64,000 nucleotides of DNA from Selaginella moellendorffii (lineage: Eukaryota; Plantae; Lycopodiophyta): assembly GCF_000143415.4 (NCBI RefSeq), contig NW_003314292.1, positions 536,829 to 600,828 on the forward strand, written 5' to 3'. Of the stretch, positions 45,842 through 57,691 are shown one piece after another. Position numbers and translations under genes: made by a program. The notes beneath the pieces were generated by a model. It searched no databases. It was given only the letters and a program-made list of their open reading frames with translations, and was not told the origin of the DNA. Position 1 is the first letter of the stretch; each line of letters begins with the position of its first letter.

Positions 45842-48370
45842 TCATCGGGCATTCAGGCTAGATTGTGAGAAGGCTGCAAACGACGGAGATGAGTTCAGCA
45901 ACTTATCAGAACTCCTATAAGTCACGTTCAAGGCTGCGGTTCTGCTAAGCTGGTCTTTGGGTCTGTAAGCGAAAAAGAAATTCAGCTCCGATTCCAAAGG
46001 TACTTGAAGCAGCTCGGTAACTCCTTCCATCATCTGTATAACCTTGCTCATCGAGGGCCGTAAGTTTGGATCGTCTCGAACACACAACGCCGCAACATTC
46101 TTCAATCTTTCCTTTTCGTTCTCTTCTTCAGAGAGGTGAGCACCGGCACTACCGTTTCTGTTACTAACTAACAAGTAGTCCTTCAGGTAATCGCCTGAGA
46201 GGTTCCTGTTCTTGCAGCCTGTTATGATCTCGAGCAGCAGAACCCCGAAGCCGAAAACATCTGTTTTTTCAGTCACCGTTCCTTCCTGAATACACTCCGG
46301 TGCAACGTAGCCAGGGGTGCCTCTCGTAATCGTCAGCTGCAACTGGCTTTCCTTCCTGTTCATGAGCTTGGACAATCCGAAGTCTGCTATCTTCGGCTGG
46401 AAACCATCGTCGAGGAGTACGTTCTCCGGCTTCAGATCCAGGTGGATTATCCTTTCAACACAGTCATCGTGTAAGTAGCTCAATCCTCTTGCTGTTCCTA
46501 TTGCGATGTTGAATCTAACTTTCCACGAAATATTCCCAGGAATTCTGTCGTCTTCAAATATCCACCGTTCTAGAGAGCCATTCTTCATATACTCGTACAC
46601 AAGGAGCCTTTTCCGGGGCCCTTGCGCACAGAATCCCAGCAGCTTGACGAGGTTCCAGTGGTGCGTCCTGGCTAGGATTCCAACTTCCGCAAAAAAATCC
46701 TTACTTCTCTGGTTCGAGCCTTCGAGCTTCTTTACAGCAACTTCAGTTCCATCGGCAAGTAATCCTTTGAAAACGCTTCCGAATCCTCCATTCCCGAGGC
46801 AGTTACTGAACTTCCCTGTTACTTCTTCAAGCTCCTGGAAACTGAAGCGCCTGGGCATACCCGCCATGAGGGATAGCTGCAAGGTGCTTTCTTCTTCTCC
46901 CTCGTCGTCATCATGCTTATTTCTCCTCCGGCAGTGCCATCCGAGACAGACTATCAGCAGGAACAGTGTTGGAACAAGTACTCCCAACGTGATGGCCTGG
47001 AGTTGTTTCTTGGAAACTTTTCGAGGGCGGGCAACTTTCAGCAGAGCAACGTACTTCCCAGATCGGAGTGACTGCACGTCGCCGTGCGTGAGAAAGCAGC
47101 TCCCGTCATCATAAAAGGCCGCCGTGCAGGTGCAGTTCGACTCACAGCGCCCCTGACACGCCTCCACTGATGCTTCAGGAACTGGAGTGGAATAATTTGT
47201 GGAGAAGTAATCAGCTCCCTCTCTTCGAACGAATCGATACTCGAGCTGGTCTTCGCATGTCTCTAGTGGATATGGTGGCTGGCAGTCTTCACCTCTTCTT
47301 GCAAAGGTATCTGGACAAGTTTCCTCGCATGCGCCTGATGCTGAATTGCAGGTTCTGTATCTTCCACATCCACTTGGAAGAAAGCACTTGAAGAGAGTCG
47401 AAAACCTGAAGAAATCTATCCAGTTTGTACCCGTCCAATTCCAGGAGTACAAGACGACATCCCCGTCCGGTTTCAGCTTTATGAAAGTGGAGGCCGTGAG
47501 TTGTGACCCATCTATTGGCAACTCCATCACTTGGTCTCTTAAATCTCGACTGGAACATGACCAGGAAAACACCAACCCCAAGTCATCACGCTTCGTTTCA
47601 ATCTGTGAGAAGTTGGCGCGCAGATCCAGAGACACGATACCATCGTTTTGCCAGCAAAACACCGCAAACATATCTTCGTCGCTGGTAATATTACCGAAGC
47701 TCCAGTATGGCTCCGAGGCGTACAACAGTTTCAGTCTGTTTTTCTCCATGACGAGACTATAGAGGCCATCGCTGCTGTCTTCTGAAGTATTCCAACTTAC
47801 GAGCTTATCTCCCGGCTTAACTGCTCGTTGCAGCAGCACAGTATCCGAAGGTTCGTCGCTGCTTTCCCAGATTACATTCATTCTGCTTTTATCCAGGAGC
47901 ATTACAGTTGCGCGATTGGAGATGGCGAGCCATCGGACCCCTCTGTTTGCAGTTTTGGAGGACCAGACAACGTCGCCGCTTTCTTCAAGCTTCAGCTCTC
48001 CATCTACGGTAAATTGTAAAGTGGCATTCTCACCTACAAGCCTCGTCTGTCGGGCCTTCCACAGGATGACCGGTCTTGTTAGATCCCAAAACTCCCTTGG
48101 ATTGCGGATGGCAATGAGTGCCAGGAAAAACGATTTTGGCGTTTCAGCGTTATAACTCAGCATCCACACCTGGTAACTCATGTCCTGGCTGATATCTATG
48201 TCGCTATAATTTGACCATAAACCAGCGTAGCGGCCACTCAAACCGTATGGATCAAGCGGATACAAAGGACCATCTATTTTGGTGGTGAAATTCCTGTAAT
48301 ACAGTGCCGCTTGAGCAGAGCGAAGGATGAAAATCGACGAGACGAGGAAGTACAGCTCTCTGCTAGCCAT
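45842..48370 (-). CDS. G-type lectin S-domain receptor-like kinase (SD2-like, non-RD), copy 2
   Basis: 842-aa intronless ORF: signal peptide, B-lectin, EGF-like, PAN, transmembrane, kinase (GNGGFG, VAVKK, HLDLKPEN, DFG, APE). Confidence 0.95.
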   Translation of the reverse strand: MASRELYFLVSSIFILRSAQAALYYRNFTTKIDGPLYPLDPYGLSGRYAGLWSNYSDIDISQDMSYQVWMLSYNAETPKSFFLALIAIRNPREFWDLTRPVILWKARQTRLVGENATLQFTVDGELKLEESGDVVWSSKTANRGVRWLAISNRATVMLLDKSRMNVIWESSDEPSDTVLLQRAVKPGDKLVSWNTSEDSSDGLYSLVMEKNRLKLLYASEPYWSFGNITSDEDMFAVFCWQNDGIVSLDLRANFSQIETKRDDLGLVFSWSCSSRDLRDQVMELPIDGSQLTASTFIKLKPDGDVVLYSWNWTGTNWIDFFRFSTLFKCFLPSGCGRYRTCNSASGACEETCPDTFARRGEDCQPPYPLETCEDQLEYRFVRREGADYFSTNYSTPVPEASVEACQGRCESNCTCTAAFYDDGSCFLTHGDVQSLRSGKYVALLKVARPRKVSKKQLQAITLGVLVPTLFLLIVCLGWHCRRRNKHDDDEGEEESTLQLSLMAGMPRRFSFQELEEVTGKFSNCLGNGGFGSVFKGLLADGTEVAVKKLEGSNQRSKDFFAEVGILARTHHWNLVKLLGFCAQGPRKRLLVYEYMKNGSLERWIFEDDRIPGNISWKVRFNIAIGTARGLSYLHDDCVERIIHLDLKPENVLLDDGFQPKIADFGLSKLMNRKESQLQLTITRGTPGYVAPECIQEGTVTEKTDVFGFGVLLLEIITGCKNRNLSGDYLKDYLLVSNRNGSAGAHLSEEENEKERLKNVAALCVRDDPNLRPSMSKVIQMMEGVTELLQVPLESELNFFFAYRPKDQLSRTAALNVTYRSSDKLLNSSPSFAAFSQSSLNAR

Positions 48371-48906
48371 GGCTTGCGTTGCTGGGGAGCGCGCTCACAT
48401 ACTCGGGAGTTCCAGCGACTCGAAGCATTAGCTTTGAAGAAGTCTTTCCGCAAGTACGTATGACTATAGTTATTTATTCGTTCGCGTTTACACAGCTGAT
48501 AAGGAATAGTCTGTGCCGCTGTTCATCGTTGAGTTTTAGTAATGCCAGGAAATTGTCTCGTCGGGACTGTTTCAACGCTAATTGCTATTCAATGCGGCAC
48601 TGCAATGTGACCATGTGCGAGGTATTGTTTAGTAATGGTTTGCGGAGTCTAACAGCGACTTTTCATTTTTCTTGGCAAGAAACACTGCGCGACGCTGCGA
48701 CGTAGGGAACGAAGAACACGATTCTGAACCACCAAACCCAAAACTCCTAGAAGCATTGTGATCGGCATCGATTCTCTTGTTGAACAATGACGAAATACTT
48801 CCTCCGAAGGTGTATTTTTACTTCTTTGACAAAGAATGGACCTCAACAAATTTTGTGATTTTCAGAGGCAATACTATACCTACGTTTAAATTATGCTCCG
48901 GTTTAA

Positions 48907-51438
48907 CTATCGACCACTATGTTGTGAGAAAATTGCAAATGACGTCGATGACATCGATGAATCCAGCAACTTATCAAAACTTCTATGCGAGACGTCCGAG
49001 GCTGAGCTCCTGCTCAAGTGCTCTTTGGATCTGTAAGCAAGAAAGAAATTCAGCTGTGATCGCGAGGGCATTTGAGGCAGCTCAGTAACTCCCAGTATCA
49101 TTTGTACCACGTAGCTCATCGAGGGCCGTAAATCTGGATCGTCTTGGACGCACAAGGCTGCAACGTTCTTCAATCTTTCTCTTTTCTTCTCGTCTTGATG
49201 GAGGTGAGCAGCAGCACTGTCGTTCTGTCCATTGACTAACAAGAAGTCCTTCAGGTAATCACTTGAGAGGTTCCTGTTCTTGCAACCTGTTAACATCTCG
49301 AGCAGCAGTACCCCGTAGCCGAAAACGTCGGTTTTCTCAGTCACCGTTCCTTCCTGAACACACTCGGGTGCGACGTATCCAGGGGTGCCTCTTGCAATTG
49401 TCAGTTGTAGCTGGCTTTCCTTCCTGTCCATGAGCTTGGACAATCCGAAGTCGGCTATCTTCGGCTGGAAACCATCGTCGACGAGCACATTCTCCGGCTT
49501 CAGGTCCAGGTGGATGATCCTCTCAGCGCAGTCGTCATGTAAGTAACTCAATCCTCTTGCTGTGCCCAAGGCAATGTTGTATCTAACGTCCCTTGTAAAA
49601 CTGCCAGGCTTTCTATCGTCTTCAAATATCCATCGCTCCAGGGACCCGTTCTTCATATATTCGTACACAAGGAGCCTTTTCCTGGGACCTTGGGCACAGA
49701 ATCCCAGCAGCTTGACGAGGTTCCAGTGGTGCGTCCTGGCTAGGATTCCAACTTCGGCGAAAAAGTCTTTGCTCCTCTGGTTGGAGCCTTCGAGTTTCTT
49801 CACAGCGACTTCAGTTCCATCGGTAAGTTTTCCTTTGAACACGCTTCCATATCCTCCGCTTCCCAGTCTATCACTGAAGTTCCCTGTGACTTGCTGGAGC
49901 TCCTGGTAACTAAAACGCCTCGGCATGCCAGCCATGAGAGAGAGCTGCAAGGTGCTTTCTTCTTCTCCCTCGTCGTCATCTTCCTTGTTCCTCCGGCAGC
50001 GCCATCCGAGGCTTACTATCAGTAGGACGACTGTTGGAATAAGTACTCCCAAGGTGATGGCCTGGACGTGCTTCCTGGAATTCTTTCGTGGCTGTGCAAC
50101 TTTCAATAACGCAACGTATTTTCCAGTTCGAAGTGATTGCACGTCTCCATGAGCGAGAAAGCAGCTCCGGTCACTATAAAAGGCAGCCGTGCAGTTGCAA
50201 TTCGACTCACACAGCCCTTGACAATCTTCTTCCGATGCAACATTGAGTGGATCAGTATAATTTGTGGAGAAGTAATCAGTTCCCTCCTTCCGAACGAATC
50301 GATACTCGAGGTCCTCTGCACACGTCTGAAGTTTACTCAATGGCTCGCAATCTCGACCTGTCCTGGTAAAGCTCTCGGGACAAGTTTCCTCGCATGCACC
50401 TGACACTGGATTACAGGTTCTATACTTCCCGCATGCACTTGGAAGGAAGCAGTTGAAGAGACTGGAAAAGCTGAGATAAGTCACCCAGCTGCTACCCGTC
50501 CAATTCCAGGAGTACAGGTCCACATCTCCATCTGGTGTGAGCCTTATGAAAGTGGAGGACGTCAACTGTGACCCGTTTACGTTCAACGGCATCACTTGGT
50601 CTCTTAAACCTCGACTAGAACATGACCAGGAAAACACTAAGCCCAAGTCATCACGCTCCGTTTCAATCTGTGAGAAGTTGGCTCGCAGATCCAGAGACAC
50701 GTTACCATCGTTTTGCCAGCAAAACACCGCAAACATGTTTTCCTCGCTGCCAATATTACCGAAGCTCCAGTACGGTTGCGAGGCGTACAACAGTTGCAGC
50801 CTGCTTTTCTCCATGACGAGACTATAGAGGCCATCGCTGCTGTCTTCTGAAGTATTGAAACTTACGAGCTTTTGTCCCGGCGTAAGTGCTCGTTGCAACA
50901 GCACAGTGTCAGAAGGTTCGTCGCTGCTTTGCCAGATGACATTGCTTCCGCTTTCATCCAGGAGCATTATGGTTGCGCGATTGGACATACAGAGCCACCG
51001 GACGCCTCTGTTTGCAGTTTTCGTGGACCATACGACATCACCGTCTTCTTCGACTTTAAGCTCTCCATCTGTGGTAAATTGTAGAGTGGCATTCTCACCT
51101 ACAAGCCTCGTCTGTCGGGCCTTCCACAGGATGACCGGTCTTGTGAGCTCCCAGCTAGTTGGATTGCGGATGGCAACGAGGGCCAGGAAAAACGATCGTG
51201 GTGTGTCAGCGTTATAACTCAGCATCCACACCTCGTAACTAATATACCGGCTGATCTGTGTGTCGCTATAGTTGGACCATAAACCAGCGTAGCGGCCACT
51301 CAAGCCGTGTGGATCAAGCGGAAACAAGAAGGAATCATTTATTTTGCTGGTGAAATTCCTGTGGTATTGTTCTGCTTGAGCAAAACGCAGGATGAAGATC
51401 GACGAGACAATGAAGCACAACTTTCCTTTGCTAGCCAT
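48907..51438 (-). CDS. G-type lectin S-domain receptor-like kinase (SD2-like, non-RD), copy 3
   Basis: 843-aa intronless ORF with the same architecture as copy 2. Confidence 0.95.
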   Translation of the reverse strand: MASKGKLCFIVSSIFILRFAQAEQYHRNFTSKINDSFLFPLDPHGLSGRYAGLWSNYSDTQISRYISYEVWMLSYNADTPRSFFLALVAIRNPTSWELTRPVILWKARQTRLVGENATLQFTTDGELKVEEDGDVVWSTKTANRGVRWLCMSNRATIMLLDESGSNVIWQSSDEPSDTVLLQRALTPGQKLVSFNTSEDSSDGLYSLVMEKSRLQLLYASQPYWSFGNIGSEENMFAVFCWQNDGNVSLDLRANFSQIETERDDLGLVFSWSCSSRGLRDQVMPLNVNGSQLTSSTFIRLTPDGDVDLYSWNWTGSSWVTYLSFSSLFNCFLPSACGKYRTCNPVSGACEETCPESFTRTGRDCEPLSKLQTCAEDLEYRFVRKEGTDYFSTNYTDPLNVASEEDCQGLCESNCNCTAAFYSDRSCFLAHGDVQSLRTGKYVALLKVAQPRKNSRKHVQAITLGVLIPTVVLLIVSLGWRCRRNKEDDDEGEEESTLQLSLMAGMPRRFSYQELQQVTGNFSDRLGSGGYGSVFKGKLTDGTEVAVKKLEGSNQRSKDFFAEVGILARTHHWNLVKLLGFCAQGPRKRLLVYEYMKNGSLERWIFEDDRKPGSFTRDVRYNIALGTARGLSYLHDDCAERIIHLDLKPENVLVDDGFQPKIADFGLSKLMDRKESQLQLTIARGTPGYVAPECVQEGTVTEKTDVFGYGVLLLEMLTGCKNRNLSSDYLKDFLLVNGQNDSAAAHLHQDEKKRERLKNVAALCVQDDPDLRPSMSYVVQMILGVTELPQMPSRSQLNFFLAYRSKEHLSRSSASDVSHRSFDKLLDSSMSSTSFAIFSQHSGR

Positions 51439-51603
51439 TATTTTTTCGGCCTCTCAAGCGCTGAATTATTTGAACTCCCGGCGAGCTGTGTCACGCTCTT
51501 TGGACAAGACTTTGCAAGTACGTATGGACTACGCCAGGTTCACTTCTTTGACTGACTTTATTTAAGTTCGGCAAGTGTTGCAAGCAGGTTGGAGGAGTTC
51601 CCA
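51439..51603. promoter_or_regulatory. 165-bp divergent intergenic region shared by RLK copy 3 and the multicopper oxidase
   Basis: ATGs at 51438 (-) and 51604 (+). Confidence 0.6.
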
Positions 51604-53625
51604 ATGTCTTGGAAGTTCGTAACGCTGTTCATCCTCGAGATTTTAGTCGCAGTAGAAGCGGATGAGGTCTGTCTGCAACTGTCACCGTCCCCGGAGCTGG
51701 AAAAGTTCGTCGACGTTCTTCCAACGCCACCGAAGATATACTTGAGCCCACGCTACAGAGTTACCATTGGAGCTTACAAAATCACCCAGGTATGCGTTCT
51801 TTCTCCACTTGATTTCCAGACTCTTCCAAGACTCGTTTTTTTTTGTTGACGCAGAAACTGCACAGAGACTTGCCACCAACAACACTGTATGCATTCGGCA
51901 CGAGCGAGTATACAGCTTCATATCCGGGTCCAACTTTGATAGCCCAAAAGAGACAAACATCCTTTGTCCGATGGGAAAATCACATTCCAGATCGTGAACA
52001 CTTTCTTCCAGTCGACTATACGATCCTAGGGGCGGGTCCGCGCTACGGCTACATTCCCGTGGTCCCTCATCTCCATGGACAAGAGGGCTCGAGCTGGTCC
52101 GACGGGCATCCAGAAGCCTGGTTTACATCAGTTGGCGAGCGGGGCCCCGGTTACGTGACGCAAAACTACGTCTATCCAAACTTTCAGCGCCACTCACTCC
52201 TGTGGTATCACGACCACACTTACGGCATGACCCGGCTCAACATGGCTGCTGGCTTGGTCGGACTTTACGTGATAGAGTCACCGTGGGAAGATCCATCCTG
52301 GGTCCCGAGAAACTACGTGCTTCTGGTGATCCAAGACAAGCAGTTCTTCAGCGACGGCTCCATAAACTATCCCAGTGTCGGGAGCAATCCGGCAGTTCAT
52401 CCGCAGTGGTGTCCGGACTACTTTGGTGATACCATTCTGGTGAACGGGAAGGTGTGGCCTTACATCGAAGTCTGGCCGGTGGTGGTGAGGTTCCGGGTGC
52501 TGCTTGCGGCAAACTCGAGATTCTTCATCCTCAACTTGAACGACACGAGCTTGAGCTTCATCAAGATTGGCACGGACGGGGGATACCTGGCGACTCCGAT
52601 ACGGCAGAAGAAGCTCAGGCTCTCTCCTTCCGAGCGAGTCGACATTCTTATCGACTTTCGCGGAGTGAAGCCCGGGGAGAGAGTTCTCTTGTACAACAAC
52701 GCGCCGGCTCCATTCCCGAGTGGAAGCGTCACCGAGCAAGAGGTTCTCCTGTTCAAAGTAATCAACTGGCAGACCAACGCTACCATCGACGAAGACGACG
52801 ACGGGATCCCGCAAGCACTCACTCCAAGCGGGCTGGCCGAGTTGCCGACGCTATCGATCATCAAAGCCACGGCCGGAGTAGATCTCTCGTACGTCGACTG
52901 GGCGTCAACTTACAACCGGCCTTTCGTCCACCGTGTAAGCCTCGACTCTGGAAACACGCTCACGGGACTCTTCCTCCAGGACAGGCTCTCTTTCACGCGT
53001 CCGGCCACCGAGCAAGTCCTGCTCTACACAAACGAGGTGTGGTGCATGATCAACACTATGACAGCATCCCATCCGATCCACATCCATCTCATCAACTTTC
53101 TCGTGCTCGAGCAGCAGGGATTCGACACCGGGCGATTCGCTGCCGGGTCGTGCTCGTTCGAATACGACTACCCGGACTCGAGGAGCTGCTACACGGGCGA
53201 GGCACAGGGAGCCGATGTGGATCAAGTCGGGTGGAAGGACACGGCCGTCATCCAGCCCGCCACCGTCACCCGGTTCTTCCTGGCGTTCAAGCCCAGCATC
53301 TCGTACAGGTTCCCGCTGGATCCAACGACGTTTCCGCACTTTGTGTGGCACTGCCACATTCTCGAGCACGAGGATAACGAGATGATGAGGCCGCTGGTGG
53401 TGTCCAGCACGAATGCTCTCTACACCAACAAGTCCTTCCCTCGTTACTTTCCCAGGGACGAAAGCTACAACGTAGGGCTCGCCACCGGGAACTCGATCCA
53501 TCCACACGACAGGTGCTCACACTCTTGGCATTGTTTTTTTTTCATCACTGCAATCCCTCTTTTTCTTTCGCAGGAAACACGTCTACGTAAAGCTCGTCAC
53601 CAACGGGTCCATCCATCTTTACTAA
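51604..53625 (+). CDS. LPR1: Multicopper oxidase, LPR1/LPR2-like (CotA/bilirubin oxidase family), secreted
   Basis: Signal peptide, LEKFVDVLP, HLHG, WYHDH, HPIHIH, WHCHILEHEDNEMMRP. Intron 51790-51854 and a probable intron 53513-53573 (unspliced stop would be 53699). Confidence 0.9.
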
Positions 53626-53777
53626 AACTACACGCAACAATAGGTGTTCTAGTCACAATTCCATTCCATCCATCTAGAACGCCGAAACTTTACCGATAGC
53701 AGAACAAGAACAACTAGTAACACAAGCTTTACACAAACACGTATCATTTATGTATCAATAAGTTCTAACTATATTTT

Positions 53778-54112
53778 GATCACAGCTCCTTGTGCTCCTC
53801 CCTACGTCGTGTCCGGTAGGAGGTATGAACACTGAACGCGTTCCATAACCTCTTTCATTGCAGAAAAATGAACTGCAAAAGCTGATAATGGTGGTGCTTT
53901 GCATGAAGGGATGGAAGATCATCATACGTGATCCCTGGTCGCACATAGTGCACGTGAATCACATTCTTGGCAAGCATGGCAAGGATCTCACTCTTGCACC
54001 TCTTGCATCCTCCCCTCCCTTTGTCATGATCTTGATACATAGAGCCGTCCCAGCCATCTCTAGAGATCCCATTCTCCACACATCAGCCACAAAGTCCTCA
54101 AGTACTGCATCG
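53778..54112 (-). pseudogene. Second fragment of the ATPase-like family
   Basis: GWDGS and EILAMLAKNVIHV.YVRPGI, with nucleotide match to 24316-24718 in inverted orientation. Confidence 0.8.
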
Positions 54113-54418
54113 AGTTGATATTGGACAAGTCAGCATTGGAGAAATTCGTTGCGCTCAAGAAAGATAGTGTCCAGCGGCCTCTTTCTACTAAGGATACAAA
54201 GCACTAGCACTTACCGGTGTAGTATTCTCTTCCTGAGAAGAGCAGCCCGCATTTGATAAGAACGAATTGACTCCAATATCCCTTCTCTTCGTCACTCAGT
54301 CCCTAAACAGTCGCAACTTTCAAAACATTAAAGTAGAAGTTTTATTATTATTATTATTATATGTAGTTAAAAATGCCATAGTAAAGTATATATCCACAAT
54401 CTTAGTATATTTGCATAT

Positions 54419-57400
54419 CTATCTTCCTCCAGTGAATATTTCCATGGATTTTGGCAGGGAACTTCCGTCCTCCTCGAGTTGGATGGCCTCTCTCAGCTGG
54501 ATCACGACAGTGCTCATGTTAGGCCTCCCGTGGGGAGAACGTTCCACACATTTTCTTGCCACCTCCAAAACTTTCAGTGCTGCTTTCTCTCCATAGTCGG
54601 ATAACTTGGGATCGACTACTGTTCGTAGGTTGCCTTTCTCAAGTTCCTTGCATGCCTGGGAGGAAGCAAAGAACAGATGTTTATAACTAAGCTCTCTTAA
54701 TAGTTTACCCATTCCGAAAGAACAATTTGTTCCTCAAGAAGTGTGAAATTGAGGGGCTCACGTCCGCAAACAATCTCAAATAGTACCACTCCAAAGCTGT
54801 ATACGTCTGATTTCTCTGTGAGCCTGCTATAGGAATGGTACCTGAAAAACCATTAAATTCAGTAAGATATCATGCTTATTGAGAAAAAAACTTTTGCTCA
54901 CTCTGGATCAAGATATCCTGGAGTTCCTTTGATGCCAGTTGAAACATGAGATGCTTTGTTACTGTCATAAAACTTGGAGAGACCGAAGTCACTGACTTTT
55001 GCAACCATATCAAAACTTAATAGTATATTGCTTGTTTTGACGTCTCGATGGATTATGTGTAGATTGCAAGATGTGTGCAAATACTCCAAGCCTATGAGAG
55101 AGAGTTATATCATATCAATTCAGAGATTTAGCTTACCTTGAGCAGCATCTAGAGCTATTCCAAGCCGAGTTTTCCAGCTTAGAGTTGGATATCTTTTACC
55201 TTCTGACATTACACTAAAGGAGGACGTTTCAACACAAAAAATTCTTACCACCATACAAGTGCTCCCTCAACGCTCCATTCGACAAGAACTCGTAGACCAG
55301 TATGAGCTTGGACTTTTGAGTACAGTAACCAAGAAAGGGCACTAAGTTCTTGTGGTGTACAACTGATAAAATATCAATCTATCAAGGAAAATTAGATAGA
55401 TTTGTACCTGTTGATGATCAAACTCACCTCAGTTTGAAATTCTTGATATCCTTGCTTTGAGTTACTGGATAAAACCTTGACTGCAACTTCAACACCATTT
55501 GAAAGGCAGCCATAGTACACGGGTCCAAAACTTCCTTCACCAATGACTTTCTTGAAGTTGCTTGTGGCCTCAATCACATCCTTGTAAGCAATCATTTTAG
55601 TGCTAGAGTTTGGAGATTTTAGAGACAAGCCTGAATGGAACAAGATGCCATTAGAAAAATGAGTTACCCACAAGGCTACCTTTTGGAACTTACTTGGATT
55701 CCTGTTCTGTACTGTGATGGATTTTGAAGTTTTTCTACGGGAAAAGAAACAAACCACAAGTCCAGCTCCAAGTAACAATAAGGCTGCACATGGTACCACT
55801 ACTTCAAATATAAGTGTTGTATGTTTCTTCTCACACAAGCTAAAAGTAGCGCTGAAAAAACATATAGGTAATAAACAATTCAATGGCAATAGAGAAAAAC
55901 CGACTTGTAAGAGAAGTGTACATGTGCTGGTGGTAGGCAATCCAAACTGTTGTTCTCTAATGACCTGCAAAAAAATGAGTAAACCTCTATCATCTAGCAT
56001 ACTGAATGGTGGTACTCACAAAACCGTGAGGTTTTTCAAGGAGCTAAAATCTGGAACACGCCCTGTCAATGCATTATTATCCAGATAGCTGAAGACATAA
56101 AGATCATCAGAACGAAAAATTACGTCAAAAGACCCATACATACATTTTTGTTAGATGAGATAGCTTTGTGATGGACAGTGATATGGTTCCTTTGAGTCCA
56201 CTGCTAGACAAGTTCCTGTCATGCACAGATGTTAATGTGATCACGCTAGAAATGCGTCCACTTATTACAGCTCTATAATTCTTGCTGGGATTTGAGCTAC
56301 ATCGCAAGTAATCCATTTCCAGGTGTAAGCATCAGGCAAGCAAGGGTCTCCTGACCATTCAGTCATGTGAAAATCTTTCATCACATCAAGTATAGCTGCC
56401 ACTGCATTGTTTATGACAATGTTAACGAGATCACAATTATTTAAATTTATATGCTTTACCATCGTTGGTTTCCGTCCCTGGGAGGAGACCTCCTTTGTAC
56501 TCCCACAGCTCAGCAGCATTGAGAATCGGACCAAGCGTAGAGTTCACCGTGGGCACAAACAAGAAGTTTGTTGGTTCAGAAAGTTCCACTCGAGAGTTGT
56601 AATACATCTGCAATGACGTTAGAGGAGCCTGTACAGACTTCTCAACGTTGATGGTTGCCAAAAGCTGGGGAGATTCAAGCAAGCTTGTGTTAAAACGGAC
56701 TTGGAACTCCCTCGTGTTGTTCACCAGGGCGGCAAACTCAGCAAAGTAAAAGCTAACGTAGAATTCAGTCGGCGTTGTGGGAAGCCGTGGGAACTGGAAA
56801 ACCATCGTGGAATGGGAGGTGATGGCGGAACTCATCACGGCTGTGGGAGGCTTGTCAAATGTTTTTCCCACCGAAACATTTGAGGTAGTATTAATCTGTT
56901 GGTATCCTCCCATGATGTCTGGGAAATTTTTATCAGCTAACCATAATCGATCATAGTCATCAGAAGGGTACCTGTTTGATACGAGTCAAAAAGAACTTTT
57001 ACCTTCTGAAGAATTTCTTACCAAATGTAATTATTTATAGCTGCTCCAAAATTGATCCTTCTCCAAGTGATCAAAAGCTCACTAGAATTGAAAGAACTTA
57101 TTCTCATACCGGGATCCAGCCTTCTGAGCTCGATTGCGGAGATGAAGGGGATATTTGCCGGTGAATTTGAGCGGGTTCCAAAGCATAGATCCAGGGTCGA
57201 GCTTTTGGCTTTAATCACAAACTCGTGAGAGTTTCTTATGGTTAAATCCATGCTGAAGTTTGCCACATCGTTTGCATCAATTATGATGTTGAACTGTGTG
57301 TAAGTTGATTCCATCCCATCATAGTTTCCGTAGTAGAACCATGGCCTCACGATGTAGCTATCGTTTACCACCACTGGCAGAGCATAGCAGTGCTTCCGAG

Positions 57401-57691
57401 AGGTGTCGTTAAAGAAGCGAAGACGCTGCAAAACTAAACCTGTCCCATTTTTTTCCGAACTTGAAATGGAGGCTTTAATTCCAGTGGTGATATACTTGTC
57501 ATCCGGCGTCCATTCGATACCATTTTCATCCCTGTGAGTGTCATAAGCTCCACAGTCAAGGCTCAGAAATCCTGCAAAAACAATCTTCAGATTGACCCTT
57601 ATGCAATACTACTGACCTGGTTGGGCTGAGACGTAAATCTTTGCAAGGAAGCCAACTGTGAGAAGGAGAAGGAGATAATCTGTCGACCACA
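54419..57691 (-). CDS. Malectin-like domain LRR receptor kinase (LRR-I type), multi-exon
   Basis: Signal peptide [36 protein letters not shown], short LRR exons, transmembrane segment, kinase [23 protein letters not shown]. Confidence 0.92.

Noticed and set aside
52454-53507. Alternative-frame and antisense ORFs over the multicopper oxidase
   Set aside because: GC-rich codon shadow of the real CDS.
7920-53625. Copper gene cluster (COPT plus multicopper oxidase)
   Set aside because: The genes are over 40 kb apart with unrelated housekeeping genes in between.
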